Source of the DNA: an uncultured Gammaproteobacteria bacterium
Lineage (GTDB): Bacteria > Patescibacteriota > Microgenomatia > UBA8517
Length of the DNA stretch: 64,000 nucleotides
Reading direction: 5' to 3'
NCBI GenBank assembly: GCA_964395115.1
Contig: CAYMZX010000003.1
Span: forward strand, 14,111-78,110
The stretch's first letter is position 1. Every line of letters begins with the position of its first letter. Made by a program: the position numbers and the translations under genes. Positions 8,736 to 18,310 of the stretch are shown in pieces. Below the pieces are notes generated by a model that was given only the letters and a program-made list of their open reading frames with translations, was not told where the DNA came from and made no database searches.

Positions 8736-10100
8736 TCAAAGGGTCTTTTTTATCCCCAATAAATCCTCTCTTATTTGCACATCGCTCGAGGCTAGTTGGG
8801 TTATTTTTTCCACCGCATGCATAACCGTGGTATGATCTCTTCCAACAACCCTTCCGACCTCCTCTAGAGGAAGACCAAGCTCCCTTCTTAACAAGTACAT
8901 GAGAATTTGACGAGGTCGGGCAATTGGTCGAGCTCGAGAAGGCCCCAAGAGAGAGCGCTTGCCCAAGGAGTAATATTTCGCTACTGCGGAAACAAGATTG
9001 TTTGGGGTGGTTCTAATAACTCCAACGTCTTTTTCCTTCTCCCCTAAAAGTTTTCTAACCAATTCTTCCCCGATTGCGATTTTTTTGAGCCTTGCCTCCG
9101 AAGTCAGGCGGACAAGAAAGCCTTCGATTTTTCTTGCGGTGTCAATATTGCCGGCAATTAGTTGTATTAAGTCCATGGGAAGCTCTAGTCCCCTTTCTTT
9201 GCTTTTAATTTGGAGAATAGCGCAACGAAGCTCAAAATCTGGCGGAGAGATATCCACGATAAGCCCGGCTTCAAAACGACTTCTGAGCCTTTCTTCTAAT
9301 CTGGAAATTTCTGACGGAGGGCGGTCGGACGTCATAATAATTTGCCCGCCCGAAGAAGTAACCGCGTTAAAAGTGTGAAAAAACTCTTCCTGAACAGCAT
9401 CCTTGCCCGCAATAAACTGGATGTCGTCTAAAAGAAGTACCGAGAGCTTTCGATATTTTTCTCGAAAGGATTGGGTTGTTTTATTTCTAATTCCCTCAAC
9501 AATATCGTTTGTAAAGTCTTCCCCGGTGCAAAAAAGAACTTTGGTTCTCGCATCCTTTTTTAAAAGAGCAACCCCCACCGCGTTCATCAAGTGAGTCTTG
9601 CCGACGCCAACGCCTCCCCAGATAAAGAGAGGATTATAAGCGCTGCCGGGGTTTTTGGAAACGGCTTCGGCTGCCGCCCAAGCCATCTGGTTTGAAGAAG
9701 AAACGGCGAAATTTTCAAAGGAAAACCCGGGCCTGACGCCCGTTCTGGCAAATGCGACCCCGAGCTCTTCTTTTTCGTTTTTTTCGCTATCAAAAAGAGG
9801 AAAGGATATTTTGGCCGCTTGCACGTTTTCGGGCTTGGCTTTAACTACAAAGTCTAGGTCGCAAGGAGTACCAAGCGTTTTCATTAAGCTATCCTGAAGA
9901 AGTCCAAAATATCTACTCTCAATTGTTGTCCTAATAAAAGGCGACCTACATCCAACCCGCGCCAGTACCCTTCCCCGATTTCTTTCCAGTTTTTCTAAAT
10001 AAGTTTGGGAAAACCAAGTAGAAAAAATAGCCGGAGAAACGGAAAGCTTTAATATTTCCAAGGTTTCTCTCCAGATTTGATTTTCGTCGAATTTTTTCAT
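8736..10100 (-). CDS. dnaA: Chromosomal replication initiator DnaA
   Basis: Walker A GVGVGKTHLMNAVG and the box VLLLDDIQFIAGK, with a C-terminal DNA-binding domain. 454 aa. Confidence 0.95.
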   Translation of the reverse strand: MKKFDENQIWRETLEILKLSVSPAIFSTWFSQTYLEKLERNRGRVLARVGCRSPFIRTTIESRYFGLLQDSLMKTLGTPCDLDFVVKAKPENVQAAKISFPLFDSEKNEKEELGVAFARTGVRPGFSFENFAVSSSNQMAWAAAEAVSKNPGSAYNPLFIWGGVGVGKTHLMNAVGVALLKKDARTKVLFCTGEDFTNDIVEGIRNKTTQSFREKYRKLSVLLLDDIQFIAGKDAVQEEFFHTFNAVTSSGGQIIMTSDRPPSEISRLEERLRSRFEAGLIVDISPPDFELRCAILQIKSKERGLELPMDLIQLIAGNIDTARKIEGFLVRLTSEARLKKIAIGEELVRKLLGEKEKDVGVIRTTPNNLVSAVAKYYSLGKRSLLGPSRARPIARPRQILMYLLRRELGLPLEEVGRVVGRDHTTVMHAVEKITQLASSDVQIREDLLGIKKTL

Positions 10101-10230
10101 TGTTTACCCTGGGCAGAAGACCCCCAAAAGAAGTACCAGCATAATATTGAAGTTATCCACATCTCGTCAATCCCCAAAAAGAGATCCTTAGAGATTTTAA
10201 TTCGCCTTAGTTACTGATATAATGATGCTC
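10101..10230. promoter_or_regulatory. dnaA/rpmH divergent intergenic region with a perfect DnaA box (candidate oriC / dnaA promoter region)
   Basis: TTATCCACA at 10153-10161, in the classical rpmH<->dnaA origin context. Confidence 0.6.
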
Positions 10231-10374
10231 ATGTCAACAAAAAGAACTTATCGTCCGAGCCGAACAAAACGAGCGAAAACCCATGGATTTCGGATAAGAA
10301 ACCGAACCAGAAAAAGCCGAAAAGTGATTAAAAGACGAAGGCTTAAAAAAAGACAGACACTCGTCCCCGATTAG
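10231..10374 (+). CDS. rpmH: 50S ribosomal protein L34
   Basis: The hand translation [47 protein letters not shown] matches the L34 consensus. It is not in the supplied track because it is under 60 aa. Confidence 0.85.
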   Translation: MSTKRTYRPSRTKRAKTHGFRIRNRTRKSRKVIKRRRLKKRQTLVPD

Positions 10375-10376
10375 AA

Positions 10377-10721
10377 ATGTTAGCTCGGAAGTATACTCTC
10401 AGCGACAAAAAAACATTTGAAAGGATTGAAAAAGAAGGAAAGGTTTTCCAATCGGAGTCTTTTGGGTTGGGAATTTATAAAAGGGAAGACGGTGGGCCAT
10501 CGCGGTTCGGATTTGTTGTCTCAACAAAGATATCGAAAGAGGCGGTCCAGAGAAATAGGATTAAGAGAGCCCTAAGCGAAGCCGTTAGGTTTGAAATGTC
10601 ATATATAAAACCGGGGTATGACGTAGTTTTCTTGGCCAAGGGGATAAGCGCCAGAAAACCCACCGATGAACTAATGGGCGAAGTTAGGATGGCGCTAGAA
10701 AAGGCAGGCTTGTCTAAATGA
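10377..10721 (+). CDS. rnpA: RNase P protein component
   Basis: 114 aa, basic, with the RNR-IKR-type motif. It follows rpmH. Confidence 0.85.
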   Translation: MLARKYTLSDKKTFERIEKEGKVFQSESFGLGIYKREDGGPSRFGFVVSTKISKEAVQRNRIKRALSEAVRFEMSYIKPGYDVVFLAKGISARKPTDELMGEVRMALEKAGLSK

Positions 10722-10951
10722 AAAAAATTTTATTATCAATTATTGACTTTTATCAAAAGTCGGTCTCGCCCCTCCTCCCTGTTTTGTTTGGTGGGGGATG
10801 CCGGTTTTACCCATCCTGTAGTCAATATACTAAAGAAGCGATTCTCCGACACGGATTATTAAAAGGAATAGCCCTAGGGATGAAGAGGATTCTTTGTTGC
10901 CATCCTTTTGGCGGGCAAGGAGTTGATCCAGCCCCGCAGAAATTACCATGA
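10718..10951 (+). CDS. yidD: Membrane protein insertion efficiency factor YidD
   Basis: [11 protein letters not shown]...[10 protein letters not shown]...CHPFGG is the DUF37 signature. Confidence 0.85.
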   Translation: MKKILLSIIDFYQKSVSPLLPVLFGGGCRFYPSCSQYTKEAILRHGLLKGIALGMKRILCCHPFGGQGVDPAPQKLP

Positions 10952-11760
10952 ATATCTTTACGGCGTTACTCATTCAACCTTTGGCCAACGGCCTTATCCT
11001 TTTTTACCGGCTCTTATGGGGAAACATGGGCCTCGCCATCATTGCTTTTAGCACCGCCCTTAGGTTTTTGACCTTACCCCTGACAAGGACATATTTGGAC
11101 TCGATGAAGAAGATGAAGGAGTTAGAGCCGGCTATAGCTAAACTCAGAGAAAGACACAGAGACGATAAAACAAAACTTCTTCAGGCGCAGTCCGAGTTAT
11201 ACAAACAAAAAGGGGTTAATCCGGGCGCAGGATGCCTTCCATATCTTTTACAGATAGTTATTCTCATCGCCTTGTTTAACGTTTTTTCTAGAGCCCTTGC
11301 TCCCGACGGAGATACAATGTCTAAATTTAATGAGCTGTTATATGCCCCGCTAAAATTTAACTCGGGAGAAACCCTAAATACAAAATTTCTTTACTTGGAT
11401 ATTACCCGCCCCGACGCCTTTAGACTTCCGGGGGTTCCCTTTCCAATTCCGGGCCCGACTTTAATTTTAGCCGCCCTCCTCCAATTTGCTTCGGCCAAAA
11501 TTATGACACCTTACCAGAAAATAGAAGAGAAACTGGCAAAAAGAACCCGGCAAACTGTCGATGATATGCAAGTTGCCATCCAACAAAGCATGGTTTATAC
11601 CTTTCCGCTATTTACCTTAATAATCGGACTTAGTTTCCCGTCGGGCCTTGCCCTTTATTGGTTGCTTTTTTCTTTTTGGCAGTTTTATCAGCAATATAAA
11701 ACCTCGGGGTGGGGAGGCCTAACGCCCTTTCTGGTAAGGATGAAGTTTCTCAAAGATTAA
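10948..11760 (+). CDS. yidC: Membrane protein insertase YidC/Oxa1 family (short, monoderm type)
   Basis: 270 aa, multi-TM, in the rpmH-rnpA-yidD-yidC-jag context. Confidence 0.85.
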   Translation: MNIFTALLIQPLANGLILFYRLLWGNMGLAIIAFSTALRFLTLPLTRTYLDSMKKMKELEPAIAKLRERHRDDKTKLLQAQSELYKQKGVNPGAGCLPYLLQIVILIALFNVFSRALAPDGDTMSKFNELLYAPLKFNSGETLNTKFLYLDITRPDAFRLPGVPFPIPGPTLILAALLQFASAKIMTPYQKIEEKLAKRTRQTVDDMQVAIQQSMVYTFPLFTLIIGLSFPSGLALYWLLFSFWQFYQQYKTSGWGGLTPFLVRMKFLKD

Positions 11761-11761
11761 C

Positions 11762-12226
11762 ATGGGGAAAGATTATTTAAAAGAGATTGAAAACATAGCA
11801 AGTGAGCTTTTGGTCCTGATGGGGACAAAGGCCTCGGCAGTGGCCGAGGAGGATAAAGAAAACGATGCAATTGTTGTTAACATTTCCTCCAAAGAAGAAG
11901 CCGGCCTTTTGATCGGCCACCGGGGTGAAACTCTGAACTCCCTAGAGTTAATTTTAGGAATAATATTTAGGCAAAAGGCTGGTGAATGGAAGAGGATTAT
12001 TGTTAACGTTGGGGATTGGAGGGAAAAGCAAAACTCTTATCTCCGAGATTTGGCCAGAACTGCTGCCGACAGAGTCAAGCAGACGGGCGAACCCCAAATT
12101 CTTTACAACTTGAGCGCCGGAGAGAGGAGGATTATTCACCTTGCTCTTTCGGGGGATCCGGGGGTAGAGACCGGATCACAGGGGGAAGGAGAGGAAAGAT
12201 TCTTGGTTATTAAACCAAAAAAGTGA
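11762..12226 (+). CDS. jag: Jag/KhpB-like RNA-binding protein (KH/R3H domains)
   Basis: Position after yidC and the R3H-like C-terminal region (GERRIIHLALSGDP). Confidence 0.7.
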   Translation: MGKDYLKEIENIASELLVLMGTKASAVAEEDKENDAIVVNISSKEEAGLLIGHRGETLNSLELILGIIFRQKAGEWKRIIVNVGDWREKQNSYLRDLARTAADRVKQTGEPQILYNLSAGERRIIHLALSGDPGVETGSQGEGEERFLVIKPKK

Positions 12227-13464
12227 AAAGGTTCTTAAAAAGGGGCGAGAATTTCCTTTTCTCTCTTATTGTTTTTTTAATTCCATCGCAACTTGGTTAC
12301 CACTTTTTTATTAAGTCCTCTTATGTTTACGGCATCAGAATTGATTATTTGGCCCCCACCATTTATTTGACCGATATTTTGATTTTGGCCCTTTTTATTT
12401 TCTGTCTGGCTCGGGTCCAAAAAATAAAAATTAAGCCTTGGGCTTTGGCCTTGGGAGGATTTGCTTTAATAAACCTTTCTACTTCAAATTTTTCGGCCGC
12501 GAGTATTTACAAATGGATTAAAGTTGGTGAAGCTATCTTTTTTGGGTACTATGTTTTTTCGAAACGAAACCTTCTGATCAAGAAACGGGTTTTACCCCCA
12601 CTGGCATTATCAGTCATTGTTTTTTCGGTGATAGGAATAGTCCAATTTTTTCTCCAAAGATCGATCGGTGGGCTACTCTATTTTTTGGGCGAAAGAACTT
12701 TTAGCTCAACGACTCCAGGAATATCCCTTTTTACAGTTTTTGGCAGGCAATTCCTGAGACCATATTCCACTTTTTCGCACCCGAACTCCATGGCCGGCTT
12801 TATGTTGGTGGCTGTTTTATTTTTGCTCTCCCTTGCAAACTCAGCTAGTAATCGAATAATTAGGACCTCCTTGGTTTTTGGTATCTTTTCAATCTTGATC
12901 TCGGCGTCTCTTTCTTCAATATTAGCCTTCATTACGATGGGAATTTTTAGGTTTCTTATGATTTATAGAAGAGGGTTTGCCAGCAAGATAATCCATGTTT
13001 TCCTCCCGTTCTTGATGGTCTTCAGTATTTTTTTGCCACTTGTCGCCCGAACCTATTTAAAGGCGGGAGATAGCGTTGTCGGCGAGAATATAAAAAAACG
13101 ACTTATTTTGGCCGAGGTTGTTGGAAAAAATTTTTCTGATTCGCCGATTTGGGGGATAGGGTTAAACAATTTTATTCCCAAGCTTCTAAGCTCGGGGAGA
13201 TTGCCAGAATTGGCGTGGTGGCTTCAACCGGTGCATAATATATTCCTTTTAACATTGGCTGAAGCTGGACTAATAGGGCTGGTGATCCTTTTTTTGCTTT
13301 TTCAAAAAGCGATTATATCGGCGATAAGATTTAGCGGCGCAACCGTTTTCCCCCTTTTGGCAATTTTTTTGACCGGCTACGCCGATCATTATTGGCTCAC
13401 TCTTCAGCAGAACGAGATTTTACTCTCTTTTATTTTAGGGCTTTCCTTTAGGAGGACGCTTTGA
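12223..13464 (+). CDS. O-antigen ligase (Wzy_C)-like polytopic membrane protein
   Basis: About 10 TM helices with a central periplasmic-loop region (HPNSMAGFMLVAV...) typical of the WaaL/Wzy_C family. The assignment is approximate. Confidence 0.5.
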   Translation: MKRFLKRGENFLFSLIVFLIPSQLGYHFFIKSSYVYGIRIDYLAPTIYLTDILILALFIFCLARVQKIKIKPWALALGGFALINLSTSNFSAASIYKWIKVGEAIFFGYYVFSKRNLLIKKRVLPPLALSVIVFSVIGIVQFFLQRSIGGLLYFLGERTFSSTTPGISLFTVFGRQFLRPYSTFSHPNSMAGFMLVAVLFLLSLANSASNRIIRTSLVFGIFSILISASLSSILAFITMGIFRFLMIYRRGFASKIIHVFLPFLMVFSIFLPLVARTYLKAGDSVVGENIKKRLILAEVVGKNFSDSPIWGIGLNNFIPKLLSSGRLPELAWWLQPVHNIFLLTLAEAGLIGLVILFLLFQKAIISAIRFSGATVFPLLAIFLTGYADHYWLTLQQNEILLSFILGLSFRRTL

Positions 13465-13478
13465 TAGCCTAATAGACG

Positions 13479-13898
13479 ATGAAAAAAGAACTCACGGTCT
13501 ATTGCGACGGGGGGGCAAGGGGAAATCCTGGTCCGGCAGCGGCCGCATTTGTAGTTGAAAGAGATGGCCGGGTGATACACAAAGAGTCGCGATTTCTAGG
13601 CAGGGCAACCAATAATGAAGCTGAATATGCGGCTGTTCTCTTGGCGGTTCACTGGTTGTTAAAAAACCCAAAAAACTATGACACTGCTGTTCTGCTCGTC
13701 TTGGATTCCGAATTAGTAGCGAAACAACTGTCAGGAATTTTTAAAATCAAAAGCGAAAAATTAAGGAACTATTTTTTTAGTATAAAGGAGCTGGAAAGGA
13801 AGATCCAAGCCGGCCTGTTTTACAAATCAGTATCTCGCAACAAAAACAAACTGGCCGATTTTTTAGTAAACAAAACCTTGGATGAAAATTTTAGATAG
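13479..13898 (+). CDS. rnhA: Ribonuclease HI
   Basis: Conserved blocks TVYCDGGARGNPGPAAAAFVV, NNEAEYAAVLLAV and LDSELVAKQL. Confidence 0.8.
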   Translation: MKKELTVYCDGGARGNPGPAAAAFVVERDGRVIHKESRFLGRATNNEAEYAAVLLAVHWLLKNPKNYDTAVLLVLDSELVAKQLSGIFKIKSEKLRNYFFSIKELERKIQAGLFYKSVSRNKNKLADFLVNKTLDENFR

Positions 13899-14018
13899 TT
13901 TCACGTACCCCTGTTTCAACCCCCGTTTTGTCACTTGAAAAAGTAACTTTTATCGCAAAAACTTTTTGAAAAAATTTTTCAACAAATTGAAAATCTGCGG
14001 TAATTGAAATAGGATAAA

Positions 14019-16679
14019 ATGAATATGGAATACCGACCGCTGGTTTTTCTTTTTGCAAACCCCGACCCGCTATCATTATCAGTCCTCGAAAAAATCTTGG
14101 CTAATCGTTGTTATATAAAAACTATAAGTAACAACGTACGGGACTGGGAAAAAAGGACTTCGCACATCGTCGAATCAAAATTTTTCGAGATATTGGAAGA
14201 GCCTGGCGGGGAGGAATGCGACTACATTATTGTTTCCGACCCCGAGCTTACTATAAAAGATTCAATTTACCAAAGTTTTTTAAATATTTATAGGAAAAAT
14301 AAACCGAAATCCTTATTAATTTTCCCCTATTCGACCGATTCTGAATCTGCCCGGCACCGGCTCAAATTAATTATAGAGACCATTTCACCTCATATTGATG
14401 AGGCAACAACGGTTTTTGTAGGAGACGTTTTCGGGCCAAGAGTAAATCTCTCTTACTCAAGCACCGTTGTTAAGGTACTAACAAGAGCAAAAGAAAGGGG
14501 TAATTTCTCCTACTCGGAAAGAGCCCTGAATTACTATCCGGTCGATAGTGCTACTTTGTCAAAGGAAATAGTCAAATCGCTTTTTTCTTTTGGGCCCCGA
14601 GGCGGCTCATTGGGGATTTTGGGTCCCGCGGTATCCCAAGAGGCGCTGTTTCAAAAATTAAGAAAATATTTTCCCTCGCTAACGATTTCGTATGACCCTT
14701 TTTTAAAACGGACAGAGGTATCTTGCGAATCGAGAATGACGATCCAGGGACATATTGATGTGATGGTTAAAGAAAGTCTTGATTGGCTCGAAGAAAAAAC
14801 AAAAAAACCAGAACGCGAAATAGAGGTACAAAAACTCACATCGATACCCAAGAAAAAAGGCAGGAAAAAAAGACGGTCTTTTAGTGTGGTTGTATTTGGA
14901 GGCCTCTCAGCTTTTTTTCTTGTTTTCGTACTCCCCTTTTTCTTGCTTCTTTTCTCAGGATTTTCACTGTTTTTTGTGGGACAAAAAATAAAAGAGGGAA
15001 GGCTGACTAGCATTAAAGTGTTGTTGCCTGTTAGCAAAACACTTACAACCATAAATCAGAACATTTTTGAAGTTTATTCGAAAACACCTTGGGTTGGGGA
15101 AGTATTTTATGCCGGCTACGGCGTTTCGAAAATTGTCGGGCGGACATATGACTTAATAGAAAGCGGATTGGGGGCGGCCGAAAAAGTGTCCGAACTAATT
15201 TCCGATTCTTTGGGTCGGGAAGATTATAATCCATCCGAAATATGCAAAGAAATCGAGGTTGAACTCGATTGGATCTATAAGGAAAGCGGTTTTCTTCAGG
15301 GCGAGATTTTTCAATTAGATAGCAGATGGGGAAATTTGGCTAAAAAATATTTTTCATCTTCGCGACTTGACGACTTTCGGGAAACTCTCTGGCAACTGAA
15401 AACCATTTTTTCCGAGACCCCGACCTTATTAGGGTCAAGCAAGCCTGCTTCTTATTTAATTCTTTTTCAAAATAATATGGAGCTTCGCCCCACCGGCGGT
15501 TTTATAGGGTCTTTTGCTTTAATCGATTTTGACAGGGGAAGATTGAAAGGGATGAGCGTTTACGACGTGTATTCAGCCGACGGACAGCTTAAAGGACACG
15601 TCGAGCCCCCCAGTGAGATTAAAGAATATCTTGGGGAAGCGAATTGGTATTTGCGGGATTCTAATTGGGACGCCGATTTTCCTACTTCGGCCACCCGGGC
15701 GGAGTGGTTTCTTGGCAAAGAAATGGATAAGTCTGTAGAAGGGGTAATCGCCGTTGACCTGGAAGTGGCCAAAAGGCTTCTCAAGATACTTGGGCCAATT
15801 TCTCTGGCGGATTTCAACGAGGTTATCGATTACACAAATTTATATGAAAAAACACAAAAACAAGTAGAAGAAAATTTCTTCCCGGGTTCGTATAAAAAAA
15901 CTAACTTTTTAACCTCCTTGGCCAGAGAAATAATTAACAGGCTTGTTGTAAGCAGCAAGGAAAAATACCCCTTGCTCATAAAATCTATTTGGGAAAGCTT
16001 GGCTGAACGTCACATACAAATTTTTTTCCACAATTCAACAGCCCAGAGGGCCATAGGGGAATTGGGTTTCGATGGGGAAGTAAAACAACCCAGTTGCGAG
16101 GGAAATTGTTATACAGACTGGTTAGGGATTATCGACGCCAATGTTGGCGTTAATAAGGCTAATTATTTCTTAACGCGGAACGCTTCTCTTTCGGTATACT
16201 TGTCTGGCGATAACCTAAAAAGATACCTGACTATTCAATTTAAAAATAAAGCCGTTTCTAACTTTGGAGAGGCTGGGAGGTATAAATCATATTTAAGAAT
16301 TATGATTCCTGCAGACTCCCAGGTAAACGATGTTGAAATTGCGTCGAGGAACGAGAAAATCAATTTGAAACCGACGGTCCACGAATTAAAAGGGAGGAAA
16401 GAAATTGGAGTTTTAATTGAGGTGTTGCCGAATGAAACAAAGGAAGCCGTTTTTTCTTGGGAGGAGGTCAATAAATTGGCTTTCAATAAAAGTGGAGAGT
16501 ACCGACTTTATTGGAGGAAGCAGGCGGGGACCGAGGGAGATTTAATATCTATTGCTTTAAACTTTCCCCGCAACGCAAGCCCAGCAGCAACGGTACCAGC
16601 CTTTACCTTGACCGAGGATGGGACACTCATTTATAATACAAGTCTTACGCGAGATTTGTTCTCGCGTATTATTTGGTAA
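14019..16679 (+). CDS. Large (886 aa) membrane-anchored extracytoplasmic protein of unknown function, possibly DUF4012-type
   Basis: Internal TM at residues ~285-320 preceded by a KKKGRKKRR stop-transfer. The block LILFQNNMELRPTGGFIGSFALIDFD resembles DUF4012 proteins as I recall them. Confidence 0.6.
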   Translation: MNMEYRPLVFLFANPDPLSLSVLEKILANRCYIKTISNNVRDWEKRTSHIVESKFFEILEEPGGEECDYIIVSDPELTIKDSIYQSFLNIYRKNKPKSLLIFPYSTDSESARHRLKLIIETISPHIDEATTVFVGDVFGPRVNLSYSSTVVKVLTRAKERGNFSYSERALNYYPVDSATLSKEIVKSLFSFGPRGGSLGILGPAVSQEALFQKLRKYFPSLTISYDPFLKRTEVSCESRMTIQGHIDVMVKESLDWLEEKTKKPEREIEVQKLTSIPKKKGRKKRRSFSVVVFGGLSAFFLVFVLPFFLLLFSGFSLFFVGQKIKEGRLTSIKVLLPVSKTLTTINQNIFEVYSKTPWVGEVFYAGYGVSKIVGRTYDLIESGLGAAEKVSELISDSLGREDYNPSEICKEIEVELDWIYKESGFLQGEIFQLDSRWGNLAKKYFSSSRLDDFRETLWQLKTIFSETPTLLGSSKPASYLILFQNNMELRPTGGFIGSFALIDFDRGRLKGMSVYDVYSADGQLKGHVEPPSEIKEYLGEANWYLRDSNWDADFPTSATRAEWFLGKEMDKSVEGVIAVDLEVAKRLLKILGPISLADFNEVIDYTNLYEKTQKQVEENFFPGSYKKTNFLTSLAREIINRLVVSSKEKYPLLIKSIWESLAERHIQIFFHNSTAQRAIGELGFDGEVKQPSCEGNCYTDWLGIIDANVGVNKANYFLTRNASLSVYLSGDNLKRYLTIQFKNKAVSNFGEAGRYKSYLRIMIPADSQVNDVEIASRNEKINLKPTVHELKGRKEIGVLIEVLPNETKEAVFSWEEVNKLAFNKSGEYRLYWRKQAGTEGDLISIALNFPRNASPAATVPAFTLTEDGTLIYNTSLTRDLFSRIIW
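16646..16668 (+). terminator. Perfect 9-bp inverted repeat hairpin (TACGCGAGA-tttgt-TCTCGCGTA) followed by a T-rich tract, lying within the last codons of the 886-aa gene and 14 nt upstream of the rplY start
   Basis: Seen directly in the sequence. Whether it acts as a terminator or attenuator is unproven. Confidence 0.3.
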
Positions 16680-16681
16680 TA

Positions 16682-17386
16682 ATGGACAGACAAATACTTG
16701 AAGGAAAGACCAGAAAAATCCTTGGTAGAAAGGTTAAAACCCTGCGTCGAGAGGGATTTGTGCCGGCTAATATTTACGGCAAAAAGATAAAATCATGCCC
16801 TATTCAGGTCAAAGCCGATGATTTTAAAAGGGTCTTTGCCGAAACCGGGGAAACAGGGCTCATTTCTTTGCGGCTCTCTCGGGAAAAAGGGAAGGAAGAG
16901 CGGACGGTGTTGGTTTCCAATGTTCAATATGATCCCGTTTCCGACACGCCGATTCATGTAGATTTTAGGCAAGTAGACCTCAAAGAAAAAGTTACCGCTG
17001 CGGTACCGATCGAAATTATTGGAGAATCTCCGGCAGAAAAAACAGGTATTGGAACAGTCGTCAAATACATGGACGAGGTCGAGGTAGAAGCCCTCCCAGG
17101 GAATTTTCCCGAAAAGTTTAGTATTGACGCCTCCCTTTTAGGGGAAGTAGATCAATCGGTTAAAGTCAAAGACCTAAATTACGACAAGTCTAAAATAACA
17201 ATAAAATCTGAACCCGAAACAATTATTGTAAAGATTGAGCCTCCGCAAAAAGAGGAAGAAATTGTTCCGCCATCACCCGAAGTCTCGTCCGAAGATGAAG
17301 TTGCAGTCGAAGAGACTCTCGAAGAGCGGGAAATATCAGAAAAAGAAGAAAAAGACTCGGCTGAGGAACCGGACGCGGAAAGATAA
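16682..17386 (+). CDS. rplY: 50S ribosomal protein L25 / general stress protein Ctc with an acidic C-terminal tail
   Basis: MDRQILEGKTRKILGRKVKTLRREGFVPANIYGK matches the L25 N-terminus. I moved the start to the ATG at 16682. Confidence 0.8.
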   Translation: MDRQILEGKTRKILGRKVKTLRREGFVPANIYGKKIKSCPIQVKADDFKRVFAETGETGLISLRLSREKGKEERTVLVSNVQYDPVSDTPIHVDFRQVDLKEKVTAAVPIEIIGESPAEKTGIGTVVKYMDEVEVEALPGNFPEKFSIDASLLGEVDQSVKVKDLNYDKSKITIKSEPETIIVKIEPPQKEEEIVPPSPEVSSEDEVAVEETLEEREISEKEEKDSAEEPDAER

Positions 17387-17767
17387 TTACCTTATTCTGT
17401 TTTCGATAATACGGATCTCCGTAGAATTTGGGTGAATTATTCTTGCCTTATCGTATGCAAAGCGCGCTTCGGCCAGATCGCCAAGATCTAGGTTTATGGT
17501 GGCCAGTTCAATCCACGCGTAAAAATAATTCGGATTTTGTTGAAGAAATTTTTTCCAAAATTCTTCGTTTTTCTTCAAACCAACGAAGACATAATCAGTT
17601 GTTTCAGTGGCTACTCCCAAGACCCGTTTGTGGGACAAATATGAATTAATATTGAAAGAAGTTATCAAAAGAATTAAGCAGGTGGCGCAGCAGGAACAAA
17701 AAAGTATAATTTGTTTTTTAAAATTGTATTTTCGCGAAGAATTTTTCTTTTGTGCAGACTTGACCAT
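17387..17767 (-). CDS. Small membrane-anchored TPR-like protein
   Basis: 126 aa with an N-terminal TM and a TPR-like helix pair (NPNYFYAWIELATINLDLGDLAEARFAYDKA). Confidence 0.45.
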   Translation of the reverse strand: MVKSAQKKNSSRKYNFKKQIILFCSCCATCLILLITSFNINSYLSHKRVLGVATETTDYVFVGLKKNEEFWKKFLQQNPNYFYAWIELATINLDLGDLAEARFAYDKARIIHPNSTEIRIIENRIR

Positions 17768-17806
17768 TGCAATTTTTTGAACCTTTATGTTAAGCTGGTT
17801 TTAAGT

Positions 17807-18310
17807 ATGAATGAGAATACGGGGGAAACGCAAGTCACCGAGCAGAAAACCCAGATACCAAGCGAAGAAAATCCTCAGGCGCCGGCGTTGAAGCAAACAT
17901 CTCCGGCGGGCCCAACGCCCCCGCCCCCTGAACCTCCAGCAGTAGCAACGATGGAGCCGGCTATGACCCCACCGCCGGTTCCAGAACAATTGCCAAGAAA
18001 ATCAAACAAGATTTTGTGGTTCGCAGTTGGCTTTCTAGTTTTATCGATTGTGGGGATAGTAGCGTACGAGATGATTAACAGGGGGTTCTTATCTAAAAAA
18101 ACTGCTTGTACGGAAGAAGTAATGATTTGTCCCGACGGAACAGCCGTTGGGCGGGTTGGTCCAAACTGCGAATTTGCCCCGTGTCCGACACCGCAATTGA
18201 CGCCCGTACCCATTCCGGAGGAAAGCCCTTTGGCAAGCCCTAGTGGAACTTTAACTGCCACTCCTTCAGCCGAACCTATAAGTTCACCGACGGCTAGTCC
18301 TCGCTTTTAG
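17807..18310 (+). CDS. Pro-rich single-pass membrane protein with a small Cys-containing ectodomain
   Basis: I placed the start at MNENTGETQ (ATG at 17807). TM at LWFAVGFLVLSIVGIVAY. Its 3' end overlaps the valS 3' end, a convergent overlap. Confidence 0.45.
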   Translation: MNENTGETQVTEQKTQIPSEENPQAPALKQTSPAGPTPPPPEPPAVATMEPAMTPPPVPEQLPRKSNKILWFAVGFLVLSIVGIVAYEMINRGFLSKKTACTEEVMICPDGTAVGRVGPNCEFAPCPTPQLTPVPIPEESPLASPSGTLTATPSAEPISSPTASPRF

